In this document: in pieces, positions 7,338-16,917 of the stretch
Position numbering within the stretch: position 1 is the stretch's first letter
Layout: every line of letters starts with the position of its first letter
DNA from: a virus
Lineage: Duplodnaviria; Caudoviricetes
Strand: one strand, 5' to 3'
IMG/VR virus record: IMGVR_UViG_3300035041_000037
Span: 1-43,960 of that record
Length of the DNA: 43,960 bases
Notes under the pieces: model-generated
What the model was told of the DNA's origin: nothing
Seen by the model: the letters and a program-made list of their open reading frames with translations, nothing else
Database searches by the model: none
Position numbers and translations under genes: made by a program

Positions 7338-9302
7338 ATGCAGCAACTAATCCCCCAAACAATAACCCCGCTCCCCCCGCATAAACACATGGCCGGCAGG
7401 CGCTACACCGGCAAACCCTCCCGCGCCCTGCGCCGCCGGATGCGCACGCCCGAAAAACTCAGCATCAGCCAGTGGGCCGCCAAATACCGCCGCGTCACCG
7501 CCATCGACGCTTACCCCGGCCCGTGGGAAGCCGAGCAGGTGCCGCACCTCGCCAAAATCATGGACACCATCAGCCTCCCCTACGTGCGCGAGGTCTATAT
7601 GTGCATGCCCGAGCGCGGCGGCAAAACGCAGGTGTTGCTCAATACCATGGGCTGGACCCTCGACCAGGGCTCCAAATCCGGCAACATCTTCTGGCTCATG
7701 CCCACCGAATCCGAAGCAAAAAAAGCCATGAGCGAGAGGATCATCCCCGTCCTCAAAGCAAAAGACGGCTTTGGCCGCCCCGGCCGCCTCGCGCGCTACC
7801 TCAGCAAATACGACGACGACACCAAGCGCGGCACCATCCGCTTCAACACCGGCACCCGCCTGTTTCCCGCGTGGTCCAACTCGCCCGCATCAATGGCGTC
7901 ATACTTTGGCAAGCTCAACATCGGCGACGAGATCGATAAATTCGAGAAATCAACGCGCGAAGGCACCGACGCCCTCACCCTGATCCGCAAACGTGGGCGC
8001 GACAACCGCACCAACACCAAAAACGTCTTTGCCAGCACCCCTGGTGCCGCGCGCCGCATCTACACCATGAGCATGCACGAAGCCCAGCAGGTGTGGCAGT
8101 ACTACATGCGCTGCCCCGAGTGCGACGCGCCCATCTGCCCGGACGAAACCCACCTCGATCTCCCCGCCGGGGCTACCGCCTCCGAGATTGAGATCACCGG
8201 ATGCAGCATCGCCTGCCCCGCGTGTGGCACCCTGCTCGAAGAACACCAGCGCCACAGCGCCTATCAAAACGGCACATGGCTCTGCACCCAGGGGCAGGAT
8301 ATCAAGCGCCCCGGCACCGTCGGCTTCCACATGAGCGCGTACTGCCTCCCGCGTGTGCCCCTCGCCGAAATCGCCGCCGCCTGGATCCGCGCCGAGCAAG
8401 GCAGCACCGTGCATAAAACCGCCTACTACAACGGCTACCGCGTACAAGATTACGATCCCCCACGCGCCACCGAAAACTGGCGCGATGTCCTCAAACTCTG
8501 CGATGAGCGCCCGCGCGACCTCGTCCCCAACAACACCGCCGCCCTGATTCTGCAGGTCGATACCCAGCAGGACGGCTTTTATTTCGAGGTCGCCGCCGTA
8601 GGCTACCAGACCACCGGCGGCACTGCCTCCAGCTATCTGGTGCGCAAAGGCTACCTGCTCACCTTCGCCGATCTGCTCGACCTCGCCGCGCGCACTTGGC
8701 ACAGCGCCGATGGCAAAGAATACAAAATCTGCTCCGCCCTCATCGATTCCGGCGGTGGCCGCAAAGCAGGCATGCCCGCCAAGCACTCCCGCACAAAAGA
8801 AGTATACGAGTTCTGCCGCCAGAACCCGATATTCAGACCCGTAAAAGGCAAGCCCCGGCGCGACACCGCCATCAAATACAGCAAAATCGACGTCTGGCCC
8901 GGCACCAGCAAACCCATCCCCGGCGGTCTCCAGCTCATCATCCTGGATGTGCATTTTTTCAAGGATGCCCTCGCGAGCGCGATGCACGTAAACCCCGGCG
9001 ACCCCGGCAGCTTTAACCTCTACAGCGGCTACACCGAGCACCAGCTCAACAACCCCAACAAAGCGATAGAGCCAGAAAATGAGCTAACAGACTACGCCAA
9101 GCACTTGTGTGCCGAGTACAGAAACGACGTAGGCAACTGGGAGCACGACCGCACTGCCGGACGCAATGACTTTCACGACTGCGCTACCTATCGAATGGCG
9201 CATATTGAGATCCTGCGCCAGGGCGGAGCGCTCATCAGCCCCGAAGACCAAAAAAACCGCCGCCCATCCCGCACAATCCGCAGCCAAGGAGTAAACCTAT
9301 GA
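7338..9302 (+). CDS. terminase large subunit, lambda GpA family
   Basis: 654 aa; ERGGKT Walker A, GDEIDKF Walker B, STP, CPEC/CPAC Zn motifs, VDTQQD and IDSGG nuclease motifs. Confidence 0.9.
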   Translation: MQQLIPQTITPLPPHKHMAGRRYTGKPSRALRRRMRTPEKLSISQWAAKYRRVTAIDAYPGPWEAEQVPHLAKIMDTISLPYVREVYMCMPERGGKTQVLLNTMGWTLDQGSKSGNIFWLMPTESEAKKAMSERIIPVLKAKDGFGRPGRLARYLSKYDDDTKRGTIRFNTGTRLFPAWSNSPASMASYFGKLNIGDEIDKFEKSTREGTDALTLIRKRGRDNRTNTKNVFASTPGAARRIYTMSMHEAQQVWQYYMRCPECDAPICPDETHLDLPAGATASEIEITGCSIACPACGTLLEEHQRHSAYQNGTWLCTQGQDIKRPGTVGFHMSAYCLPRVPLAEIAAAWIRAEQGSTVHKTAYYNGYRVQDYDPPRATENWRDVLKLCDERPRDLVPNNTAALILQVDTQQDGFYFEVAAVGYQTTGGTASSYLVRKGYLLTFADLLDLAARTWHSADGKEYKICSALIDSGGGRKAGMPAKHSRTKEVYEFCRQNPIFRPVKGKPRRDTAIKYSKIDVWPGTSKPIPGGLQLIILDVHFFKDALASAMHVNPGDPGSFNLYSGYTEHQLNNPNKAIEPENELTDYAKHLCAEYRNDVGNWEHDRTAGRNDFHDCATYRMAHIEILRQGGALISPEDQKNRRPSRTIRSQGVNL

Positions 9303-9556
9303 CCCCGCGCAAAATCACCCTCGCCGAAATCGACGAAGTAAAACGCCAGGTAATTCTAAAAGCGCTCAGCTTCGATGTAAAAACCACCGCCGCCATCCTC
9401 GGCTACAGCGAGCGCAAAGTCCTCGACTGCATAAAAGACGGCAACCTCACGGCCCGCTCAGACAACCCCGGTCGCAAAGGCTACCTAATAACCGCCAGCT
9501 CCATAATGGATTACGCCAAAGACATCGAGATCCCCGAGGAGTTCTGGCAGCGGTAG
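9299..9556 (+). CDS. small HTH DNA-binding protein (excisionase/MerR-like)
   Basis: FDVKTTAAILGYSERKVLDCIKDGNL. Confidence 0.65.
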   Translation: MTPRKITLAEIDEVKRQVILKALSFDVKTTAAILGYSERKVLDCIKDGNLTARSDNPGRKGYLITASSIMDYAKDIEIPEEFWQR

Positions 9557-9677
9557 GGGATATGTGCGGGCGCATGCAATGCGCCCCTACAAATGCCGAT
9601 ACACCCGGTAGGGTGGGCACCGCCCACCACCTTGAACCTTAAACCTTGCCCCTTGAACCCAACCCAGGAGAAACCCC

Positions 9678-10391
9678 ATGCAAGAAACAGAACTCCTCGA
9701 CATAGACATCCAGCTCTACGAAGAACCCGACAAAAAAGAAGACCCGCCCGAAGAAATAAAACACACTCCTACCGCCAAAAAACGCGGCGGCAAACGCCAC
9801 TGCACCGAAGGCATCCACTCCCGCTGCATCAAACGCGTTGAACGCACCGAAACCCGGCGCGCCTGGTCAGAATCCAAACTCCTCGACATCCTCGATCACG
9901 ACTTCGAACCCGGCCACAGCTACCACTGCATATCCGGTGGCGACATCGACTCCCTCTCATATCTCAAAGCCGTCATCCGCCGCCAGAATCTAAACTACGT
10001 CCTTTTCTCCACCTGGTGCCTCGCCGATGACGATATCCTCCAATTCCGCGAATGGTTCGAGCAAGGCAGAATCAAACACCTAGACTGCTACGTCGGCGAA
10101 ATTTTCCCCGGCAGCTACCGCCACGAATACGCCTATCTCAAAGAAATGCTCCACCACTACGATCCAGCCGGGCGCGTGTGCGTATTCAAAAACCACTCAA
10201 AAATCTACGCCGGCACCGGCGATAAATTCGGCTTCGCCATAGAATCCAGCGCCAACATCAACACCAACCCCCGCACCGAAAACACCACCATCAACATCGG
10301 CACCGACATCTACCGATTCTATAAAGACTTCTTCGACGGCATAAAATCTTTCAACAACGATTATCCGGATTGGCTGCCCAGGGAAGAATAA
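9678..10391 (+). CDS. hypothetical protein with degenerate phospholipase-D/nuclease motif
   Basis: NHSKIY...ESSANINTNPRTE resembles HxK...GSxN; the canonical D is missing. Confidence 0.5.
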   Translation: MQETELLDIDIQLYEEPDKKEDPPEEIKHTPTAKKRGGKRHCTEGIHSRCIKRVERTETRRAWSESKLLDILDHDFEPGHSYHCISGGDIDSLSYLKAVIRRQNLNYVLFSTWCLADDDILQFREWFEQGRIKHLDCYVGEIFPGSYRHEYAYLKEMLHHYDPAGRVCVFKNHSKIYAGTGDKFGFAIESSANINTNPRTENTTINIGTDIYRFYKDFFDGIKSFNNDYPDWLPREE

Positions 10392-10429
10392 AAAAGCGAC
10401 ATGATGAGCAGAAAAATCGCTTCAAACAC

Positions 10430-10458
10430 TTGCATAACTGTTATGCATTTGTTATAGT
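10430..10458 (+). promoter_or_regulatory. sigma70-type promoter overlapped by a perfect palindromic operator
   Basis: TTGCAT (10430-35), 17 bp, TATAGT (10453-58); palindrome TGCATAAC-T-GTTATGCA at 10431-10447. Confidence 0.75.
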
Positions 10459-10512
10459 ACTTATAAATAAAGAGATCAAACGGTACTTCCCACCACAGAG
10501 AGGAGCAAAACC

Positions 10513-11034
10513 ATGAAAAACAATTTTCAAGCCTGGATCGACAACGCTGACATGCCCCAAAAAGACGCGCGCGGATGGTACGATCTCGAAACCGGCCTGC
10601 GCTACGACCCTGAAACCGACTACACCGGCACAAACAACACTAAGCGTCAGTCAGTATCCCCAAAAGCTCAAGAAGCTCGCGACATCGCTAAATTCTTCGG
10701 CGGCAAAGCCCTCAAGGGGTCCATGAAGCAGAAGAACTGGGCCGAAAAAATCCGTGCTGAAAAAATACAGCAAATGGACGAAGCAGAAGCCATGATGGCA
10801 GTAGACCCCAACGGCCTTCTGACTCACAGCAAGTTCTGGATTGAAAATCGCGAATGCAGCGGCCAGCAGATCGGAGAATTTATCCAGCAGCAGAAAGCAA
10901 CCCTCAAACGCTACAACAGCCTGGTAGAAAAATATAACCATAATCCTGAAGAAGCTTCAGACGATCTTAAGCAGCAAATAAAAGAAACAGCCAACGAATA
11001 CAACGCCTTAACTGCGAAATGGGGGTGGGAATAA
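10513..11034 (+). CDS. hypothetical protein
   Basis: GAGGAG RBS; LKGSMKQKNWAEKIR motif of a type seen in small phage proteins. Confidence 0.75.
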   Translation: MKNNFQAWIDNADMPQKDARGWYDLETGLRYDPETDYTGTNNTKRQSVSPKAQEARDIAKFFGGKALKGSMKQKNWAEKIRAEKIQQMDEAEAMMAVDPNGLLTHSKFWIENRECSGQQIGEFIQQQKATLKRYNSLVEKYNHNPEEASDDLKQQIKETANEYNALTAKWGWE

Positions 11035-11465
11035 TGAAAAAAGCATATGCACTCATAATGCCGGAAACTTTTGAGGCACCTGAGCTTGTTCACTTCGGCT
11101 TTGCAGAAACCCTGGCAGAAAAACTTCTTTTCTGGAAAGGAATGGAGCGCACAGCAGATGAAATACAGGCAACAATAGAAGCCCTACAAAACCCCGCTAT
11201 AAACTTATGGGGATGCAAGCTGGTCCCCGCTGAGTGGAAAATTGTTTCAGAAGCAGCATACACGCTTGACCTCGAGGAACTGAAGCCCTACTACGAAGGT
11301 ACCAGCTCAGACGAATACGAAATACGCGCCTGGTGTGCTACCAACCTGGGCAAAGATCACACCATTATCCATCTTTTGCTTGATATGCTCGTTGATGAAG
11401 ATCGCGATCTTGACGAAGCAGGTCTTGTCGAAGCAATCCACCATCAGATTGATATGATGGACTAA
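11034..11465 (+). CDS. hypothetical acidic protein
   Basis: TAATG coupling with the upstream gene. Confidence 0.65.
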   Translation: MKKAYALIMPETFEAPELVHFGFAETLAEKLLFWKGMERTADEIQATIEALQNPAINLWGCKLVPAEWKIVSEAAYTLDLEELKPYYEGTSSDEYEIRAWCATNLGKDHTIIHLLLDMLVDEDRDLDEAGLVEAIHHQIDMMD

Positions 11466-11490
11466 ACAGAATCAAATAATAGGTTAAGCA

Positions 11491-13050
11491 ATGCAACTGC
11501 GAGACTACCAGGAAGATATCTTCCAGCAACTTGTGTCAAGTACAAGCAACGCTCTTGTGCAGCTCGATACAGGAGCTGGTAAAACCCCTATAGAAGCTAA
11601 AATAGGGGCACACTTTGAGCATGTAATGCTTGTTGCGCACAGAAATATCCTGATAACCCAACTAAGCGAAAAAATGGCGGCTTTCGGCATCATGCACAAT
11701 ACCGTCAGCACCGAGTACACTCGCCGCCGCTGTATGCTCTCCCATCGAAAACACGGCCACAACCCCAGTATTGACAGGGCATGCAAAAACAAGCTTGTTG
11801 TCAGCATAGACACCCTGCATGCTCACATGCGTCGCGGCATCAATCCTGCGTCTAAAAACACGCCATGGTTAATCGTTATCGACGAAGGGCACCATGTAAC
11901 ACCTGGCAATAAATGGGGTGCCCTTAAAGCGTGGTTTCCGAATGCGCGGATTGTTGGTTTTACCGCAACACCGGCGCGGATGGACAACGAAAGCCTGCAC
12001 GTTAGCAACGGCGGTCTTTTTGACAATCTCGTTCAAGCAAAAGATCTGCAAAAAGAAAGCATAAAAGCCCTGATCGGGCGTGGATATTTGTGCGATTTTA
12101 AAGTTTTATCTCCGCAAGAACCCGAAAAAATTAAAAACAAAAAAGGCGAAATTGAATTAGCAGCAGATCCTGCCCAGCAATACATTGAACACTTAAAAGG
12201 GCACAGAGCTGTAATGTTTTGCCCATCAATAAAGAACTCGCGCGAATTTGCTGCCCAGTTTCGCGAAAAAGGCATCTCATCCGCTCATATTGGCTCAGAT
12301 TTAAGTAGTGTCGAAGTGTCACGCCGCCTTGAAGCCTTTGCCGATGGGCAGATCGATATTTTGACGAACGTAGACATGGTGAGCGAAGGCTTCGACTTGC
12401 CTGGCATAACAGGGATAATATTTGCAAAAAAAACCGGCTCATTTATAGCTTTTCGCCAGTGGATCGGCAGAGCGCTGCGTCCGGCCACGGGGAAAAGTAA
12501 AGCAATAATAATCGATTTAGTCGGCAATATTGCCAAACACGGGCTGCCAGACGATCATATCGAGTGGGACATTCTTGATCCGCCAAAAGACAGCGGCAAA
12601 CTGCGCGAAGCACCGTGCTACTCCTGCGGGGTATGGTACCCGATAAAAGAAAGTGAGTGCCCGGAATGCGGGGCAAGAAACAAGCTCTTAACGCGCGAGC
12701 AACTCGGAGATCACTATGTAGAAATTATCCCTCGTCTCGACATCGGTCTGCTTGAGCATTGCCGAAGATCAGAAGCCGAAAAACAATACGAAGACCGCCT
12801 GCACAAAGAAATAATCTGGCCCCACATACCCGAAGACAGCGGCATAATGTCAAGCGCGATTGGTAGATTAAGAAAATGGTTTATCAACGCACTGGAAAAA
12901 AGAAAAGTACCTCCCAGGCAGATAAACGCCTTTCTACACTCTCAACAATGCAAGCAAGAAGAATTCTGGCTGAAAAATTTCACCATGAACGACCTGGGCA
13001 GAGCAGATAAGGCAGAAAAGGTCTTTAAAAAATGGCAAAAATCACACTGA
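11491..13050 (+). CDS. superfamily 2 DExH helicase (RadD/YejH/ResIII-like) with C-terminal Zn finger
   Basis: LRDYQ, LDTGAGKT, IDEGHH, GFTATP, SEGFDLP, QWIGRALR, CYSC...CPEC. Confidence 0.9.
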   Translation: MQLRDYQEDIFQQLVSSTSNALVQLDTGAGKTPIEAKIGAHFEHVMLVAHRNILITQLSEKMAAFGIMHNTVSTEYTRRRCMLSHRKHGHNPSIDRACKNKLVVSIDTLHAHMRRGINPASKNTPWLIVIDEGHHVTPGNKWGALKAWFPNARIVGFTATPARMDNESLHVSNGGLFDNLVQAKDLQKESIKALIGRGYLCDFKVLSPQEPEKIKNKKGEIELAADPAQQYIEHLKGHRAVMFCPSIKNSREFAAQFREKGISSAHIGSDLSSVEVSRRLEAFADGQIDILTNVDMVSEGFDLPGITGIIFAKKTGSFIAFRQWIGRALRPATGKSKAIIIDLVGNIAKHGLPDDHIEWDILDPPKDSGKLREAPCYSCGVWYPIKESECPECGARNKLLTREQLGDHYVEIIPRLDIGLLEHCRRSEAEKQYEDRLHKEIIWPHIPEDSGIMSSAIGRLRKWFINALEKRKVPPRQINAFLHSQQCKQEEFWLKNFTMNDLGRADKAEKVFKKWQKSH

Positions 13051-13661
13051 TACATGCAGACTCAAAAAAAATAAAAACCAGTGCCGACCTCATACTGACT
13101 GATCCTCCCTATGAAATGCCGGGATGCGATCTGGATGAGATAATTGCAAACATTGAATCAGAACATATAGTCATGCTTACAACTATGCGCCAGTTGCACC
13201 AGTTTTTAAGTTCTTCAAATTGGGAGCTGAACTTCGATTTTGTGTTTGACTGTGTGGCCCCTAAAAAAAGCATGAATTTTCAACAGCCAAACTATTTGCA
13301 CCAAACCGGCGTTTACCTGACGAAGCCAGGAGTAAAATCAATATTCGACCGCCGCCAGCGTCCCCGCTCTGACGTGTTTGAGGGCAATCACTACTGGCCC
13401 ACAATAATAAAAGCCCCGCGAGCATCCGGGCAAAAAGGCTATGCAAAAAACGAAGTTGCTTTTACAGATCTGCTTGGGAGCTTTAAAGCCGGGAAAATAG
13501 TAGACCCGTTCGCCGGGCACGGCACCACCGGAATATCATGCTTTACCCTTGACCTGGAATGCGAATTGATAGAAAAGGATGACCAGGCATTCAACAGCAT
13601 GAAACAGAAATTCAGCTTTTTAGCTAAAAACGGCTTAAAAATAATAGAAAAAGGAGAATGA
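13032..13661 (+). CDS. DNA N6/N4 methyltransferase, beta-class order
   Basis: LILTDPPY near the N-terminus, VDPFAGHGTTG near the C-terminus. Confidence 0.85.
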   Translation: MAKITLIHADSKKIKTSADLILTDPPYEMPGCDLDEIIANIESEHIVMLTTMRQLHQFLSSSNWELNFDFVFDCVAPKKSMNFQQPNYLHQTGVYLTKPGVKSIFDRRQRPRSDVFEGNHYWPTIIKAPRASGQKGYAKNEVAFTDLLGSFKAGKIVDPFAGHGTTGISCFTLDLECELIEKDDQAFNSMKQKFSFLAKNGLKIIEKGE

Positions 13662-13662
13662 C

Positions 13663-13821
13663 ATGAAATGTCCCCACTGCAACAAAGATATCAGCGAAAA
13701 GCTGATTCTCGAAGAAGCCGCGCGTATTCATGGGCGTAAAGGAAAGCGCAAATTAAGCAAAGAGCAGGCCCAGGCCATGGCTGAAAAGCGCTGGGGTAGA
13801 AGGGATGATGCAGCCGAATAG
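13663..13821 (+). CDS. small basic protein with CPHC motif (52 aa, not in the ORF track)
   Basis: AAGGAG RBS; MKCPHCNKDISEKLILEEAARIHGRKGKRKLSKEQAQAMAEKRWG. Confidence 0.65.
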   Translation: MKCPHCNKDISEKLILEEAARIHGRKGKRKLSKEQAQAMAEKRWGRRDDAAE

Positions 13822-14123
13822 CCTACAACCCCACCCGTAGGGGCAGGCCCCTGTGCCTGCCCTTGCCCCGGCACAGCAACCAACCACCAGGGCGCATGCA
13901 ATGCGCCCCTACAAACGCCGATGCCCCGGTAGGGTGGGCACCGCCCACCACCTTAAACCTTAAACCTCCCACCTTTAACCTCCCAAACCACCACATCTAG
14001 TGCAAGTTAACCTGCAAATACCTACATTTGCCTACATTTGCCCACTTTTGCCCCTCCAAAATACCCCGCATAATAGCCGCACGATTACAAAAAAACTCTT
14101 TTTTGCAACGCGCGGAGCCCTTA

Positions 14124-14342
14124 ATGCCCCTCGATTTAACCACAGCACAGCGCAAGCTTGATTACTGGTACGAGCAGGAAGAGATTGCCGCTACCGAAAG
14201 CTACACCCAAGATAGTGGCGGCAACCGGCGGCAGATAACCCGTGCCGATCTTGCTACGATATCCAAGCGCATCGACTACTGGGAGAAAAAAGTCGCCCAG
14301 TTATCAGGGCGCTCGCGCGTATACCACGGGGTGCCTCTATGA
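14124..14342 (+). CDS. head completion / head-tail joining protein (gpW-like)
   Basis: Position just before the portal; YTQDSGGNRRQITRADLATI. Confidence 0.7.
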   Translation: MPLDLTTAQRKLDYWYEQEEIAATESYTQDSGGNRRQITRADLATISKRIDYWEKKVAQLSGRSRVYHGVPL

Positions 14343-15835
14343 TTACCCCCACCAGCAACTGCCGCATCGGCAAACAATACCCCCGCGTAACCAACGCCTA
14401 CACCGGTGCCGACCGCGGCCGCCGTGCCTTTGCCAACTGGATGGTAAGCGACGGCGACGCCGACGCCGACACCCTTGTCGATCTGCCCACCCTGCGCCAT
14501 CACTCGCGCGACCTCATGCGCAACAACGGCCTCGCCGGTGGCGCCATCGAAACCAACATCACCAGCGTAGTGGGCAGCGGCCTCATGCTGCAATCCACCA
14601 TCGACCGCGATCTTCTCGGCCTCTCGCAAGAACAAGCCGACGCCTGGGAATCCAAGACCGAGCGCGAGTTCAGCCTGTTCGCCAAACACTGCGACATGAA
14701 CCGCACCCTCAACTTCTACGGCCTGCAAGAACTCGTGTTCCGCTCCACCCTCGAAAATGGCGACGTCTTCACCCTTACGCCGTGGCGCAAACGCCCCGAA
14801 ACCCCCTACGAGCTCAAGCTAAAAGTAGTCGAGGCCGACCGCGTAGCCAACCAGGGCAACTGCGCCGATCGCCCCGGCCTCGCCGGTGGTATCGAGAAAG
14901 ATGCAGACGGCGCACCCAGCAAGATCCACATTATGAAATACCACCCCGGCAGCGCCCTCTATCGCGCGCAAGAGTGGGACATCGTCGATGTGTTCGGCAA
15001 AGAGTCCGGCCGCCGCCAACTGATACACAACTTTTTTACCCTCCGCCCCGATCAATCGCGCGGCGTGCCTTACCTTGCCCCCATCATTGAACTCGTCAAG
15101 CAGCTGGGCCGCTACACCGAAGCAGAAATAATGGCCGCCGTGGTCAGCAGCATGTTCACCGTGTTTGTAAAGTCAGAATCAGGGCAGGGACCATTTGCCA
15201 ACGGAGCCGGTGCCTACAGCCCCGCCGGGCAAGCCCCGGCAGATACCAAAAACCCCTTGAATCTCGGCAACGGCATGGTGGTCGATCTCGCCCAGGGCGA
15301 AAGCATCGAAACCGCCAACCCGGGCCGCCCCAACCAGAACTTTGACCAGTTCGTCCTCGCCATCATGCGCCAGATCGGCGTGCGCCTCGAACTGCCTTTC
15401 GAGCTGCTCGTCAAGCACTTTACCTCCAGCTACAGCGCCAGCCGCGCCGCCCTCAACGAAGCGTGGAAATACTTCATCAAGCGCCGCACCTGGCTCGCCG
15501 ACTACTTCTGTCAGCCCGTGTACGAACTATTCATGGATGAAGCCGTCGCCAAAGGGCGCATCAGCGCTCCCGGCTATTTCTCCGACCCCGCCGTGCGCGA
15601 AGCCTACCTCGGCACCAGGTGGACAGGCCCCGGACGCGGCCAGATAAACGAGCTTGTAGAAGTAAAAGCAGCCAAAACCCGCGTAGAGGAGGGCTTCTCC
15701 ACTATCGCGCAGGAAACCGCCCAGCTTAACGGCGGCAACTTCGAGCGCAACCACCGCCAGCGCGTCAAAGAACAACGCATGCGCGAGGAAGATCAGCTCA
15801 CCGAACCCCTCGCGCCCGAAAATACAGGAGCATAA
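14339..15835 (+). CDS. portal protein, lambda family
   Basis: SRDLMRNN, RPDQSRGVP, SYSASRAAL motifs; 498 aa. Confidence 0.93.
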   Translation: MITPTSNCRIGKQYPRVTNAYTGADRGRRAFANWMVSDGDADADTLVDLPTLRHHSRDLMRNNGLAGGAIETNITSVVGSGLMLQSTIDRDLLGLSQEQADAWESKTEREFSLFAKHCDMNRTLNFYGLQELVFRSTLENGDVFTLTPWRKRPETPYELKLKVVEADRVANQGNCADRPGLAGGIEKDADGAPSKIHIMKYHPGSALYRAQEWDIVDVFGKESGRRQLIHNFFTLRPDQSRGVPYLAPIIELVKQLGRYTEAEIMAAVVSSMFTVFVKSESGQGPFANGAGAYSPAGQAPADTKNPLNLGNGMVVDLAQGESIETANPGRPNQNFDQFVLAIMRQIGVRLELPFELLVKHFTSSYSASRAALNEAWKYFIKRRTWLADYFCQPVYELFMDEAVAKGRISAPGYFSDPAVREAYLGTRWTGPGRGQINELVEVKAAKTRVEEGFSTIAQETAQLNGGNFERNHRQRVKEQRMREEDQLTEPLAPENTGA

Positions 15836-15838
15836 ACC

Positions 15839-16903
15839 ATGAACTGGTATCAGATGAAAAACCAGGCAGGCGAAGCCCACATCTACATATTCGACGTCAT
15901 TGTCGACTACGCCTGGGATGACGACGAAGTAACCGCCAAAGGCTTTATCGACGACCTCGCCGCCCTGGGTGATGTATCCGGCATAACCGTCCACATCAAC
16001 AGCCCCGGTGGCAGCGTGTATGCAGGCAACGTGATCCACAACGTGCTCAAGCGCCACAAAGCAAAAGTTACCGTAATGATCGACGGCCTTGCCGCCAGCA
16101 TCGCTTCGGTTATCGCCATGGCCGGGGATGAAGTCATCATGCCCAAAAACGCCATGATGATGATCCACGACCCCATGAGCATCTGCGTAGGCAACTCTAC
16201 CGACATGCGCGCCTGCGCCGAAATGCTCGATACAGCCCAGCACAGCATTGTCACCAGCTACACCACCAAATCCGGCCAGAGCGAAGACAAGATCAAAGAG
16301 CTCATGGCCGCCGAAACCTGGATGACCGCTGCCGATGCCGTAGAGCTCGGCTTTGCCGACACCATCGAGCACGAAACCCAGCTCGCCGCCGTAGCCGACT
16401 TTGACCTGAGCGTATTCAAGAAACCGCCGGAAAAAATACTCAACATTCAAAACCGCGCAGCAGGCCACCAGCCGAGCCATGCCGCATCAACCAACCCCCC
16501 AAGTAAAGGAGTGATCCCCATGAATCTGGAACAGCTGAAAAACGAGCACCCAGACCTGGTGGCACAGCTTGAAAGTCAGGTGCTAGAAAACAACACCGCC
16601 ACCATCAAAGCCGAAGCTGCCGCCGCCGAACTCAAACGCATCCAGGATGTAGAAGCACAGCTCATCCCGGGGCACGAAGACCTTATCGCCGAGCTTAAAG
16701 CCGATGGCAAAACCACCGGCCCCGAAGCAGCGGTGAAAGTCCTGCAGGCCGAAAAAGCCAAAGGGCAGCAGAACCTGCAAAACATGCGCAACGATGCCGA
16801 GGGCATCAACGTCCCCGCCTCCGAACCCGGAGACCAGGACGCCGGCGCTGCCAAGCAGGAAGCCATCGCCAACAACATGCTCGCCGGAATGGGCGAAGCA
16901 TAA
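15839..16903 (+). CDS. ClpP-like prohead protease with C-terminal scaffold region
   Basis: HINSPGGSV, GLAASIASVIA, MMIHDP, ETWMTAADAVELGFAD; possible internal scaffold start at MNLEQLKNEHP. Confidence 0.92.
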   Translation: MNWYQMKNQAGEAHIYIFDVIVDYAWDDDEVTAKGFIDDLAALGDVSGITVHINSPGGSVYAGNVIHNVLKRHKAKVTVMIDGLAASIASVIAMAGDEVIMPKNAMMMIHDPMSICVGNSTDMRACAEMLDTAQHSIVTSYTTKSGQSEDKIKELMAAETWMTAADAVELGFADTIEHETQLAAVADFDLSVFKKPPEKILNIQNRAAGHQPSHAASTNPPSKGVIPMNLEQLKNEHPDLVAQLESQVLENNTATIKAEAAAAELKRIQDVEAQLIPGHEDLIAELKADGKTTGPEAAVKVLQAEKAKGQQNLQNMRNDAEGINVPASEPGDQDAGAAKQEAIANNMLAGMGEA

Positions 16904-16917
16904 TAAGGAGGTAAACC

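Noticed and set aside
13988-14003. NrdR-box-like sequence CCACCACATCTAGTGC
   Set aside because: Single imperfect copy upstream of head genes, with no ribonucleotide reductase context.
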